Below are positions 34,539-48,099 of a DNA stretch of 64,000 nucleotides, one piece after another. The notes beneath the pieces were generated by a model, which was not told where the DNA came from, made no database searches, and worked only from the letters and a program-made list of their open reading frames with translations. Position 1 is the stretch's first letter. The number at the start of each line of letters is the position of its first letter. The stretch covers positions 5,330,203 through 5,394,202 of the forward strand of contig BFEA01000001.1 of NCBI GenBank assembly GCA_003427395.1. Direction: 5' to 3'. Made by a program: the position numbers and the translations under genes. This DNA is from Chara braunii. Its lineage: Eukaryota; Plantae; Charophyceae.

Positions 34539-35658
34539 CTTCTCCCCCTGCCCTATTATGCTATGTCCCCCTCCAAATAATAAGAGACTACTCTACCAAT
34601 TGAAAAGCACAGAGGCACACAACCCGGCTGTAGAAACCTGAATACACAAACAATATCTGTCAAGACTCACAGGCCACAGGCACTACACTCCTCCTTGACT
34701 CCTTCCACTTCTCTCTGCCTGCTCCCACCTACCTCCCCACCTCCTTCTCCAATGATTGCCACTGCCACATTGGCCACTTCCTCTCCCTCACAGTTTGTCC
34801 TGCTCTGTCTACAGCTCCTGCTGCTCTCCCTGTCAAGCTGGATCAGGCCAAAAGGGGAAAGGCGGGGGGGGAGGAGGGAAGGGGTTGTGCGCATGGGAAC
34901 GAAAACAGAGGACCAGCACAAGTGAGACTGTGAGGTTAGGCAGGTCTCCCTCCTCATTGGACACAACCAGACAACCTGCACATATTAAGAGCTTTCACTT
35001 CATTTAACGCAGAGAACAATTCGGAAATTCCCCGCCATTTTCAGACCATTCCAACTTCCAAAAAAAAAAAAAAAAAGACACACACAGGCCACCCTAAGGC
35101 TATCAGGCCACCCTGGGCTGAAAAGGCCACCGTTGTCAGATTAGACACAAGATTGAATTTACCTGGGCTGGTTAGTCCGNNNNNNNNNNNNNNNNNNNNA
35201 AAAAAAAAAAAAAAAAAAAAAAAAAGTTGTCCACCACTGGTTTTTATTTACAACAATTATTTAAAAATAATAATAGTAACGCACCCAGTCCGACAAGCGC
35301 AATAATCCAACGAAACTCGGAAAAGCCAAGTACATTTGATACCTTGATGTTCATTTTCCTACACAGACGAAATGGGATTTGAAAATCTTGTTCGTGGTTC
35401 TATTTTTAGACACAGCAGGCTTCTCACACACGCACAATTCCGTCATTTTGACTCACATTTTTCTCTGTTTATTTATTTCATACGATTTCATCATAAATAT
35501 TAAATCTATAGAAAATAGGAAAATTATGAGGACACCGCCACGTGAGGATGAAAATGTGTTCAATTATCGCCGTACCTCAACAGCCAAGGCATGTAATAAT
35601 GTCAACAGAGCACAGCTGATAGCAGATGTCACATCCTGAACTACTTTTTCCTTTTTTA

Positions 35659-35721
<63 letters not shown>

Positions 35722-36142
35722 TCATCTTTTTTCAGAGAAGGGCCGACGGCGTTGAGGTGTCATTTTTAATTGACCTGCCCCAGGTAAAATCAAAGTTGGT
35801 TGGTTCTACTCCTCATCTGAGGGTATTGGAGTTCGAACTCCGGTCTATACCTCGACAGTCCATGGGTGTACAAACTGAGCAGAGATCGCATCCTGATACC
35901 TCCCCCCGCTCAAATGTCCCTAAACCGCGGCACAACCACATTTTGTTTTGCTGCTCGGTTACCTTCAATTCTTCCTCACCATTTCTGTGAAATCTCTTTC
36001 TTTTCGTTTCTTCCACCTCTCCCTCCCCTCCCCTCCCCTTTATAATCAACGCCCAATTATCTCGGGATAGTACACTTTGGTGTTTGTGTGAAGCCTGTTC
36101 CTTTTGTTTTTTTTTCTTTTTCTTTTTCTTTGAGATGGGAAA

Positions 36143-36757
36143 GGCAAAATTTTTGAAATGCCACTGAAGTTTGCTTTTGCCGCGTGCCCCTCTGACGGCC
36201 GACTTACCTTGTCGCGCCCATCTGCCGACGAATGATGTTTCCAGAAAACCCCTGGTGTCGTTTGGGCCTCAAACATGTTTCATATGCCCCTACCGGTACC
36301 GATACCAAATTTTCAGTATGGCCCTACCGGCTGCCTGTTGAGAACAAGCAGAAACGTTCCCTATATGCCATTACCGGTACCGTCCATCTTTCCAGCAAGC
36401 CCCTGTCGCCGTTGTTGACACTCGCAGTCCATACGAGGGAAGAGGAGTAGGGAGGACAAGGACTATGACGATGACGGACGAGGGAGGAATGAGAGAAGAG
36501 GAAGGAAAAGGAGTAGGGAGGACCTTCAATTCGTCATCATATACCACCTGTCCAACAAACCGAATGACTAAAAAACGAATGACAAACACCTTCGATTCGT
36601 CATCATGTACCACCTGTCCAACCAACGAGTAAACAAAAAGATGAAGCGAACACACACACACACACACACACACACACCCCAAATGACTAAAAAACGAGTG
36701 ACAAACACCTTCGATTCGTCATCATATACCAACCAAAAAGTAAACGAAAAGATGACG

Positions 36758-36816
<59 letters not shown>

Positions 36817-37474
36817 GCGTGGGCGGGCGATGACGCCAAGAAGACGGCCATGGTGATGGTTAGGAGGTCGACAATCCAGGAGGAGAGGGAGGGGTGACGA
36901 GGAGAAAGTTGGAGGAGGGAGAACGAGGGAGGAGGAGTAGGGAGGACAAGGACTACGACGATGGACGAGGATAGACGATGGAGGCGGGAGGAGAAGCGAG
37001 GAGAGTAACGAGCATGGATGGAGGAGGATGGAGGAGGGCGATGAGCATGGGTGGAGGAGGGAGGAGGGCGATGAGCATGGGCACACACACGTGCGCACGC
37101 ACATGCTCACCTTCGCACAGTCAGCGTATGCACTCCCACCCAGCGATCCATGGCGTGACGAACTCGAAGACTGACTGCTGCACCATTTTTACGTGGCGGC
37201 GTGTGAAATACCTACCATTTTCGATTTCGAATTCCCACCGCCACTCCTGCAAGGGCATCACAGAACAATGTGTACCCCTCGTGAGGGCATTTCAAGGACG
37301 GAACGACGAAACGCCACCAGCGGTCCAATAAGGGCATATTGGAAAGTTACGCCCCATGCTGACAGGGGCATGCGGAAAAATTCAGAGGCCCGAGGGACAT
37401 AACAAGGTAAGTCGACCTTCACAGGGGCACGCCGCAAAAAAATGCAAACTTCAAACAAATTTCAAAATTTTCCC
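36143..37474. mobile_element. Mutator-like non-autonomous element related to 27278-27661
   Basis: Ends homologous to that MITE (TGCCCCTCTGAC..CGACTTA; GGTAAGTCG..AGGGGCA); internal CA microsatellites and three short repeats. Confidence 0.7.
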
Positions 37475-37648
37475 CTAATTTATAAGTTATACCCCCCCAG
37501 ACCGCCCACAAGACAACCAAGGTGTGTCGCAGCCAGAAACTACGCTCCAGACACACAGCCGGCAGCATGATGGCTGCATGCTAACAGGCCTTAACATGAA
37601 CGTTCAACAAGACCGGAGAAAACCGTAGCATTTCATGATACGGTTGAC

Positions 37649-37951
37649 TTTGTTTATCTTTGTCTGTTCGCTAACTCCTCGAAAACAGGGTGACCGTTAC
37701 AGACCGTTCTGTTCGGCAGCGCAAATCAACTGTGTGCGTGTGTGTTGTAGGACATTCTAAGCCCTTCGTAACCCTTGTAACCCACGCTTCATAACCCATT
37801 TTGTTTATCTTTGTCTGTTCGCTAACTCCTCGAAAACAGGGTGACCGTTACAGACCGTTCTGTTCGGCAGCGCAAATCAACTGTGTGCGTGTGTGTTGTA
37901 GGACATTCTAAGCCCTTCGTAACCCTTGTAACCCACGCTTCATAACCCATT
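37649..37951. repeat. Tandem duplication, 151-bp unit x2
   Basis: TTTGTTTATCTTTGTCTGTTCG...ATAACCCATT repeated with no visible differences. Confidence 0.9.
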
Positions 37952-38218
37952 TTTCACCTTGAAATTGCCAGCACCTCAAAAATCGGCTGACCTAGACTTG
38001 CAGCCATGCATAAGGAGGCCACCCGATTGGAATCTTTTCTTCAGGTGAAATTTGCCTCCACGGCACTCGTGGTAAGACGAGATAGTTTACTTGAAAGTGC
38101 ATTTGTTGAAAGTGTAAGGTTGCCCACATTTGTGTGTTGTTGCTGCTTGCGCGTCGAGCTACCCTACATCCATACATATGTGTGTTGTCATATTCGCTAT
38201 ACACTAAAAAAAAAGCAT

Positions 38219-38281
38219 GACTGTGCCAGACTGTTTCATCGGACTTTCACCGACTCATCAGGAGGTTGAACCCCGACAGTC
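38219..38281 (-). ncRNA. Hammerhead ribozyme-like motif (degenerate), Penelope-type
   Basis: Minus strand CTGATGA-GTCGG(tgaaagt)CCGAT-GAAAC-AGTCTGGC; partial copy at about 29005-29039 has GAAACAGTTTGTC. Confidence 0.55.
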
Positions 38282-40129
38282 TGCCCAGGATGCATTTGGC
38301 TGAAGGATAAGGACTCACCACATCGCCCAGAGTCAGCGATACCCATTCTTGAGAGAGAAAAGTGGTCGGCTTTACTCACACCAACCTCGCAATCCTCGCA
38401 GACTGCTGGTCCAAACCCTTGACAAGAACGGTAGTAAGTCTGTGTGTTTGCATTTTGTGTAATTGACGGTCGAATGTCAGCCCCACGTTCGTCCATATCC
38501 GTTTCAAATAAAATGAGGGCACGGTTGCCGTGTTATTACCGTGGTAAAACGCCAAGTACCCAGGCACCGATGTGCCCTAAACGGCACACTTGCACTTATG
38601 AGAAATGGGGGACCAGGGAAGCAACGAACGATACTCACCAACCACCGCTCCCGCAGCAGCCAGAAAACAAAAACACGAGGCAGTATAAATCCCATGAAAC
38701 CACCACTCCAACGGCCCTTGCAACGTTTATTTTTCTTGCCTCAAGTACCGTGTCACAATCTACAGTGCCCAGGACTGATAGAGGTTCTAGAGGGAAGGTT
38801 ACCACAATTACTTTTCCTCAAGGTGGCACTATAGATTCAGCTGCAACTTTTGTTTCGCCAAGATAGTTCCAGATGGAGTGGTGATTTAACTCTCATGAAA
38901 CAAATCCCGATTGACAAAAAGCAATAGAAAACAAAGGCCCTACCGTCCTACGAAATCAACACTGCATAAGCAGTACCCTCCCGCTCAGCCAAAAAGCAGC
39001 ACACATGGACGAGAAGCAGCACATATGCGCAGCACCAAGAGCTCCACCGGCTAAGAAACTCTGGCCTCAGCCGGATCAGACCAAAAACCTCAAACCCCAT
39101 GAATGCCAACCCTAACGAAAGACCTCCGAGCCCATTCACGAGTACTCCGCACGCAAGGCCTAAGACTAGGAGTCCTCAGCTCGACACCAGGAGCTCCGTT
39201 ACTCAAATTTCACCTCTGAATCTTGGTCCTTTCCCCTATCCACGGGTACCGCAGACCATGGGAACGACACCCAAGGCAAACATTCCCTAAGCCTACTCCG
39301 CAAGCCAGGTCTTACAACACCGGGAGTCCTACGCACGACACCAAGAGCGCCATTACTCAAAACACCAGTACTTGGCCCAGCTATTGATGCCGAGCCTGGA
39401 ATGCCCCTGCTCGCCAATTTTTGCCGAAGCGTCGGGGTACTGTTTCAATTTTGTTTTGGCTGGCGCTTCCAGCCATTGTGGTCTGGTACCCTGAAACCCT
39501 AAAAAAAACGTGGTGCGCTAACGGGGAAGCGCTGCGGCCGATAGCTGGGCCAAGTACTGGTGGTTTAAAGCACCCTAGAGCGTTGGCCATTTCCCCCGTG
39601 TAAGGGTACTGCAGCCCATGGCAATTACACCGAAGGCAAACACACCCTAAGCCTCCTCCTGACGATCTTGCAGCAGTCTACGTGTCTTTGTGCATGTAAT
39701 GCGGACTCGCTAAAATCCATGACTCGCAAAGAACGGTTGGCTGTGGCCGACTGTTGCCTCGAAATTTGATCTTGTGGAGGTGACCGTCACCAGAAACAAC
39801 CCCTAACCATCCAGATAAGTAGCTCCAAAACCGAAACAGCCTTACCTTATAATCTTCTATCGAGTTATAACTTATAAGTGATATTTTAAATGATTCCAAT
39901 ATTTAATCATTGTAACGCTTTGATGAAAGCATACAAGTGAGGCACTCGCGCTTCACACATTAAGCGCGAGGCACGAAGCATAGAAAGACGCATAAATAGT
40001 CCGTCTCTTTGGAGGAATGGAGAACAGGAGGCCTATCTTTTGCAAACATTGCATTGTAGCCTTCGATTATATATGTCAGGGATCCTTTTCTTAAATAACA
40101 CTCCACTTATAACACATATTTTGATTGCA

Positions 40130-40640
40130 CGACTGCAATAAATTTCTGAGCAGATCCCTTCATTCCCGGCCAATCAAACTGCTGCAAAAGACTTCCATAA
40201 GTCTTTTCAAAGCCGAAGTGTCCACTCCGACCATGTGCCAAATCCAAGAAATGAGTCCGGAGAGGCGCATGGTTGGATACACACAAACGATCAAACTTCC
40301 CATAACGGTGGAATACAACACCCTCACACTCGTGAAAATCAAGCTGACTACTAGGGTCAGCCTTCAGCTGCTCAAGGATGGGACTAAGGTCCGGATCCTT
40401 GGCAGTGTGTTCGACCAGATCCTCCTTCAGCTTCCTTCGGAGGTCATATGAGTCCACAAGGCAAGTCAAAAACTCAGGATGGCGCGACAAAGCATCAGCC
40501 ATACGGTTATAACAACCTTTCTTGTGTTTCAGTTCAAAATTGTAAGGCAATGTCGGAGAGAGATCAGTCTGTGTTTTAATCCACTACAAGGTCTGATGAT
40601 CTGAGTAGATCTTGAAGTGACAACCTAAGAGGAAGTGCTT
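40130..40640 (-). pseudogene. Gypsy pol fragment (RNase H end to integrase zinc domain)
   Basis: HFLLGCHFKIYSDHQTL; KGCYNRMADALSR; AHGRSGHFGFEKTY..DWPGM. Confidence 0.85.
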
Positions 40641-41009
40641 CGCGCTGCCACCCGACGGCCCACAAGCCAAAAAAGTTTTTGTTGGCAGCGCGCTATTTTT
40701 CGGGGCCCGGTAGGCCCCTTTTGAGAAGTTTTTTTTTTGTGATCTAGGAGATCGATCATCGGTGATCGACGGCAAGCGTAGCTCTCAGGATTCCAATTCG
40801 AATCCTGGGCCGGTCTGCCTCACCCCGTGCACCACGCCCTCCGCTCTCCGCCCTTCGCCCTCCACCCTCCAGCCCTCCGCCGCCAGTCGTCGTTGCTGTC
40901 TTGCCACCCTCCCGCCGCGTTGTCGTCATCGTCCTGGTGCCGCCATCATCGTCGACCTGCGGCCGCCCCGTCGTCGTCATCCTGCCCTCCTCGAAGGTTG
41001 TCGCGCGCC

Positions 41010-41074
41010 ATCCTTCTTCTTTCTCGTTTCTTGTTCTTCGCTTTCGTTTCTTCTTTTTTATTTCTTCTTCCTCT

Positions 41075-41106
<32 letters not shown>

Positions 41107-42775
41107 GTTTCTTCTTCTTTTTCATTTCTTCTTCTTCTTCATTCCTCCTTCGCTTCTTCTTCTTCTTCTTCTTAGTTTCTTCTTCTTTTTTTTCATTACT
41201 TCTTCGTCGCTTCTTCTTCTTCTTGTTAGTTTCTTCTCCTTCGTGTTTTTCTTTTTCGTTTCTTCTTCTTCTTGTTCATCTTTTTCGTTTCTTCGTCTTC
41301 TTCTTTTTCCGCCATAGGCCCCCACCACCCCTACGTGCATGGCCGCCATAGCCCCCCTCCTCCCTCCTTTCTCATAGCGCCCCTCCTTCCTCGCTCTCCA
41401 TCGCCTTCCTCCACCTCTGTCCATCGCCTCCTTCCTTCCTCCCGCCCTCTGCACCGCCTGCCTCCTCTCCTCTCCATTGCCTCCCTCCTCCTCCGCTCTT
41501 CAGCACCCTCCGACTCCCTCCTCTGCCTACCTCTCTCCTCCTCCGCCATAACCTTCCTCCTCCTTCCTCCCTCCCGCATTACTCCTCCCTTCTCCCTCCC
41601 ACCAGATCGTCTCCCTCCCTCATTGTCCACCATAGCTTCCCTTCTCCCTTCTCCTCCTTCCTTCGACATGNNNNNNNNNNNNNNNNNNNNNNNNNNNNNN
41701 NNNNNNNNNNNNNNNNNNNNNNNNNNNNNNNNNNNNNNNNNNNNNNNNNNNNNNNNNNNNNNNNNNNNNNNNNNNNNNNNNNNNNNNNNNNNNNNNNNNN
41801 NNNNNNNNNNNNNNNNNNNNNNNNNNNNNNNNNNNNNNNNNNNNNNNNNNNNNNNNNNNNNNNNNNNNNNNNNNNNNNNNNNNNNNNNNNNNNNNNNNNN
41901 NNNNNNNNNNNNNNNNNNNNNNNNNNNNNNNNNNNNNNNNNNNNNNNNNNNNNCCTCCTCCCGCCATACTCCTCCCTCCTCCCTCCCGCCATAGTCCTCC
42001 CTCCTCCCTCCCGCCAAAGTCCTCCCTCCCGCCAAAGTCCTCCCTCCTACCATAGTCCTCCCTCCCTCGTCCCGCCATTGGCCTCCCTTCTCCCTCCCGC
42101 CATACTCCTCCCTCCTCCCTCCCGCCATAGGCCTCCCATCTCCCTCCCGCCATAGGCCTCCCATCTCCCTCACGCCATAGTCCTCCCTCCTCCCTCCCAC
42201 CATAGTCTACCATAGCTTCCCTCCCTCCCACCATAGTCCTCCCTCCTCCCTCCCACCATAGTCTACCATAGCTTCCCTTCTCCCTCCTCCCTCCTCCCTT
42301 CGAAGTGGCTGCTTGCCTCCTCTCTCCCATACTCCTCCCCCCTCCCTCCCACCATACTCCTCCCTCCTTCCTCCCGCCATAGTCCTCCCACCTCCATCCC
42401 GCCATACTCCTCCCTCCTCCATCACGCCATACTCCCCTCCTCCATCCCGCCATACTCCTCCCTCCTCCTTCCCGCCATACTCCTCCCTCCTCCATCCTGC
42501 CATAGTCCTCCTTCCTCCCTCCGGCTATAGTCCTCCCTCCTCCCTCCCGCCATAGGCCTCCCTTCTCCCTCCCGCCATACTCCTCCCTCCTCCCACCATA
42601 GTCCACCATAGCTTCCCTTCTCCCTTCTCCCTCCTTCGATGTGGCTGCCTTCCCTCCTCCTCTCTCCCTCCATACTCCTCCCTCCTCCATCCGGCCATAG
42701 TCCTCCCTCCTCCCTCCCACCATAGACCTCCCTTCTCCCTCCCGCCATAGTCCTCCTTTCTCCCTCCCGCCATTT
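41010..42775. repeat. (TTC)n tract and CCTCCCTCCCGCCATAG-type minisatellite
   Basis: Direct observation; the end of the array plus its flank (to 42991) is duplicated at 44775-45162. Confidence 0.85.
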
Positions 42776-43239
42776 CGGTCCACACTCAGACTCGAACTTA
42801 AGTTTGAGTCCACACACAACATCTTGAGATTTTGTAGGGGATACAGAAGCTGCTGCGTTCAGCCTGTCCTGCCGCAGCTGGTGCATGCGACCAGCAGCAG
42901 TTAATCAAGCACAGGTGGGACACAGCATCTTGGGACACAGCATCTATTGTATCCCAAGATGCTGTGTCCCACGTCTTGCAAATGGACAATCTGCAATCCA
43001 ACACCCCCCCTCCTGCTGAAAAACCCACACTAAAGCATATGCACGAAAATTGAAAAGGGGGCCGGTTATCAGCAGCACTCAGGACGCGCAGCAAGGCGCC
43101 GAAGTTGGAAAAAAAAAAAAAAATCACTGCATTTTTTGCATGCCCGGGGTACCCCGGGCGTGGCGCCTGGGGCGCCCGACCGGGCGCCCCGGGAAAGCTA
43201 GGCGCCAACCATTGTTTGGCCACCCACAAATCGTTGATC

Positions 43240-44590
43240 AGATCGGTCTAACCCTTTCCCTCAAGGGGAACTCCCAAGTGGAAACATTGGGTGAAGAAAG
43301 GAATATACAAGGTAGGGGATTTATGGGATAATCAGACCTGCTCATGCCATCCATTGGACTATCTCATAGCCAGGACCGGCCAGATCTCAACATGGCCCAG
43401 GGTCTACAAGAAATCCAAGAATCGATCCCGCTAGCATGGATTCGGACCCTGAAACTGGGCCCTCGCCTTAATGAAAATGACTGGGTTGTGACGACGGAGT
43501 CCTTGGCCCTGCCCATGCTTTTGTATACTGTGCACGACACGGGGGATCATCAGGTTTCACTCCAGGCATACTGTCCGAGCTTGCCAGGGGCTAAATGGTC
43601 AGCTCTACATTGTCAGGAAGAGTTTGACACACAACTACCAAAGTCCTCCCTCACCAGAATTAGAGTGGTCGGGAACCAAAACAACATTTTTTTTCAATAC
43701 GAACCCTCCACCCCGCTGCACCACCTCCCATTCGACCCAGCAGAATGGGAGTGGACATGGGGGGATCTCAAGCAATGTCCTTGTGGCTATACACGGTGAA
43801 GAAGGGATATAGGGCAGCACAATAGCCAGTCGGGATCTCTGACCAAATAACCAAACGTTGGGAGAGGGATTCCCCATTGGGGCCACAGGAATTCAGGCAC
43901 CATTCGACGGACTAGCCATAGAGCCCTGCAATGGCAAATCATAAATAGATGCCTGCCTACCCCGGATTGGATCACATCACGGACTGACCTGGAGAAAAAA
44001 GGGCTGCTCTCCCCACTGTGTTCGTAGTGCTCCAACTCATATCACAACAGGAGAGCTACTCTGGAGCATTGTTTGTTGGATTGCCCCATGGTGCTCCAAC
44101 TGTGGAGGTGGTGGGACGCAAGGTGGCACTACCTTGCAGATCACAACCTCCCCTGGGAATTGTCCACCCGCCTTCTAGGAGCCCCTCCGACGGAGGTTGG
44201 AGATTGGTCACCATTCACTTACTCCAGGCTAACCGTTCTCATGGCCGCCTGGAGGATGCGCTGCTCCTATGAAAGAAAACAGCATAATTTCAGTTTCATG
44301 CAAGCCCGTTCAACGATAATTGACACGATCTCAGCTTATACGCAGGCAGCATGGAAAGAGCTGCACGACAAAATGGGTACCGAGCCAGACAGTGAGAAAT
44401 GTCAAAAACTACGAAATAGTTTCACGAAGACATGGACTGACCCAAAACAGAGATTCTGTAGTCTCAACGATGATAACACCCTTACATGGCATCCCTGGCT
44501 TCTCTCTGAGAGGCTGTGGAAAAGATTGCCAACACATCACTTTCAAGTTGTCCATCAACCAACAAACTTTGTCCTCGTTTATGACTAACT
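43240..44590 (+). mobile_element. L1-like LINE ORF2 3' fragment, decayed
   Basis: RALQWQIINRCLPT..W, then zinc finger remnant ..TLEHCLLDCP..LWRWW and AAWRMRC, typical of the L1 ORF2 C-terminus (zf-RVT). Confidence 0.75.
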
Positions 44591-46853
44591 GTCTTCTATT
44601 GTCTTAAGTAATGTAACCCCCCTCCCCCCTACACTCTGCACCTTCCCACCAAACCCCACCTCCCCACCTCCCCTCCTCCCCTTCNNNNNNNNNNNNNNNN
44701 NNNNNNNNNNNNNNNNNNNNNNNNNNNNNNNNNNNNNNNNNNNNNNNNNNNNNNNNNNNNNNNNNNNNNNNNNCCCTCCTCCCTCCCGCCATAGACCTCC
44801 CTCCCGCCATAGTCCACCATAGCTTCCCTTCTCCCTTCTCCCTCCTTCCACGTGGCTGCCTTCCTTCCTCCTCTCTCCCTCCATACTCCTCCATCCGGCC
44901 ATAGTCCTCCGTCCTCCCTCCCACCATAGACCTCCCTTCTCCCTCCCGCCATAGTCCTTTCTCCCTCCCGCCATTTCAGTCCACACTCAGACTCAAACTT
45001 AAGATTGAGTCCACACACAGCATCTTGAGATTCTGTAGGGGATACAGAAGCTGTTGTGTTCTGCCTGTCCTGCCGCAGCTGGTGCATTCGGCCAGCAGCA
45101 GTTAATCAAGCACTGGTGGGACACAGCATCTGCTGTATCCTACGTCTTGCAAATGGACAATCGAAGATTTTTAAACATCCAGTCCAGCAATTTTCTCTCA
45201 ATTCTCTTTAATTGGTTTTGCCTCTCGAGGAGGTGTTAGGAATAGGTGGCATCCAGCAACCCATCTGTGATTCTGCTGAGTTTGGTTGTAACACTGCGGC
45301 CCTCGAAGACCGATGCTGGAGCAACGCTGGCCGGAGCTGGAGCGAGGTGGCGCAACTCTGTCACCTAGCCTAAAGGGGGCGTGAGGCCTGGAAGAGATCT
45401 GGGAGGCTGTTTGTGGGGGCAGTCTCAGCAGTCATCGGGGTCGGAGCTTGTGCAATGCGGGCCGGAGGCTGGAGCAAGGTGGTGCAACTCTGTAACCTAG
45501 CCTGATGGGGGCATGAGGCCTAGTAGAGATCCGGTTTTTCACTGTAAACGGCCATGCCAGCGTGTTCATAGAGGGGATTGTTTGAGTTTCCATCTATTTT
45601 TTTTGTGGTCGGGAGGACCTTCGGTACATCAGGATCTGAATCTTTTTATGAAACTCTTCATCACCTATAGTGTTCTTAGTCTAAACCGGGTGATGTGCCC
45701 GGTATTTCATGATTCTGTACTTTCATACGGGACGATGGGCCCGGTTCCCAGCCGTGTTGCTCCCACAAATAGATTTGGAGCATCATCTAATTAAAAAAAA
45801 AAAAAAAAATCTGAAAGGTGGGAGGCCCGTCATATATGTGTACTTTGGAGCAAGTGTTGCCTTTGCTAAGTGGCCACACCTTGTGTGTCTGTACCTTGCC
45901 GGATGGGTGGGTTAGACAAACGGGAAGGGGGGCAGGGGAAGAGGGCACCCTTCATTTCCCCTCCCACTACCATATGGGCTCCACAATCTCTACCTTACTT
46001 CAGCCAAATGCTTATGTGCATTATCTTTTGGCAGTGAAGTTCAGCTCTAGAAAACAAAGAGAGAGAGAGAGAGAGAGAGAGCAAAACCAAACCAGCCCTC
46101 GACATTTGACAGAAACAACAAGCCCATAAGAATAGGATGTATTTGGACTTCATAAAGCTGCTGCATGGTTGCTGTCAGCTCCTGTCATGAGACATTAGAT
46201 TGCCTCCCCTATAATAAGCGCAATCCCGTGCAATCCACCTTTTGTGTTGCTCAGACATCACAACGAAGTGCTGCACTTCAACTTCATGAAGGTGCTACTT
46301 AGCTCGTGTTATGAGACGTTGGGTTAAGTCCTATAACAAGCGGACTGCACGTTTTGTGTTGGTAAGACATCACAGTGATGTATTGCACTCAGAAAAAAGA
46401 CCGCCAGTGATTTACTGGAGGGATGTGGGGATGACAGAATTCCGGACTGCCCGTATGGGCTGGGCTACACGCATGGGCTACAATGGCGATGCTAATCATA
46501 CATAAGGAGGCTCGATGGTGGAGCAATTCCCGAAACCTTGCTTCGTCCACCGATTTTGCCTTCCTTGTGGAAGATATAGTTTTGTTTTTTCATTTTTAAC
46601 TAAGAATACATTGTTCACAATATCCCTACAAAAATACATTCCCTTATCCCAAGCGGCTTTACTCTCACGAGGACGGAGCGAGGCCTCTAGCGAACTTCTG
46701 GAGGCTAGCCGGCAGAGAATATAGACAGGAACACTGACTTCGATTAAACCCTGTATTGTCGTATTTTTAAAGAGATTTCAAACTTCAACGGCTATTATGT
46801 CTGAAATGAGAAACATTGGATTATTGGTGTGAATGGACCTTATTATTTGGCCA

Positions 46854-47066
46854 AACAGATTTGTGACTTGGTACAAGATAATTCAATGAATTTGGAAAAA
46901 TATCCTTGAAGATCAAGCACGAAAAAATCATGGCTGGAGATTCCGGCGACCCCCCTTCCAACAGATTTGTGACTTGGTACAAGATAATTCTATGAATTTG
47001 GAAAAATATCATTGAAGATCAAGCACCAAAGAATCATGGCTGGAGATTCCAGCGACCCCCCTTCCA
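46854..47066. repeat. Tandem duplication, about 106-bp unit x2
   Basis: AACAGATTTGTGACTTGGTAC...CGACCCCCCTTCCA twice. Confidence 0.85.
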
Positions 47067-47946
47067 CCGAGGGTGGGTTTATTTACTCTCTGGTTCTCCT
47101 CTTTACCTGCGCCCCTCTTTTTCCTCCTTCCTACCTTCAACTACTCCATGCTCACAAACTCCCTTCCCTTCTTCAGAGCTGTTGAGACTGTGCGCTCAAT
47201 ATGATGTGTTGACAGACAGTTTCATCAGATTTTTTCTACGCTCACATACACATTAATAAACATATAACATATGACATATAACATGATTATTATGCTGTAA
47301 AAGACATGTAGAGAAATGCATAGTAACTTATAATAAGACTTCAATCTCGGAAAGTATCGCGTTCAGCAACGAGACATCTGAGAAATTGCGAAGGAGTTTA
47401 AGGAACGTCATATATGCGCATCCCAAACAACTGTACAATGGGAGAATATTATGGTGTACAAAACACATGACCAAAAAGACAATAGACCAAGCAGAGGATA
47501 CAGAGAGCATACCTCAGGTAGCCCAGAGCATGACATGAAAGAGTTAAAAAAAAAAAAGAGTTCATAGAGCTATGTGGAAATTATATGTACATATCATCAA
47601 TCATTATGCAATGGGAGGAGGAAAGAATAATGGTTGCACTGCAGAAACGATTGCAGAGCCGTGTGCACACGTATCTAACGTTTGTGGGTAGATGCCGCGT
47701 TTCAGAGGAACCAATGGAGACTGGTACATACTGCCACCCCCGGAGTAACAAGCAAGAAGGTGTGCACAATTTGCACACAACGAAAGCGGCACTGAAGATC
47801 ACAATGCAAGGTCGCTACATACTATCCTTTTGCCCCTTTCCAACAAGAGTTTTGTGTGGCTGAGCAACAGAATGAATGGTAAAGAGGGGGCAAAATCAAT
47901 ATCCTCTCCCAAAGATTCTCCACAACCGGGCAGCTGCTGAAGTTGC

Positions 47947-48055
47947 TACCGTCTTCACCCGGATAGAATGCCCGGTCCTTATAGCTGTATCACGTGCAAC
48001 TTGCAGTCTAGATACAGCGACAATGACCGGGTGTTCTAGTCCCGTGACGACGGTA
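47947..48055. mobile_element. TA-flanked MITE (Tc1/mariner-pogo-like); sister copy at 56973-57081
   Basis: TACCGTCTTCAC...GTGA(A/C)GACGGTA; both copies are 109 bp. Confidence 0.8.
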
Positions 48056-48099
48056 GAATCATGGCCTGAAGAGTTTGCAGTTGTCCTTAGATGGTTTGG

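Noticed and set aside
34638-34670. GTGAGT...TTCAG as a 5'UTR intron of the qRRM gene
   Set aside because: Only 33 nt, too short to accept without transcript data
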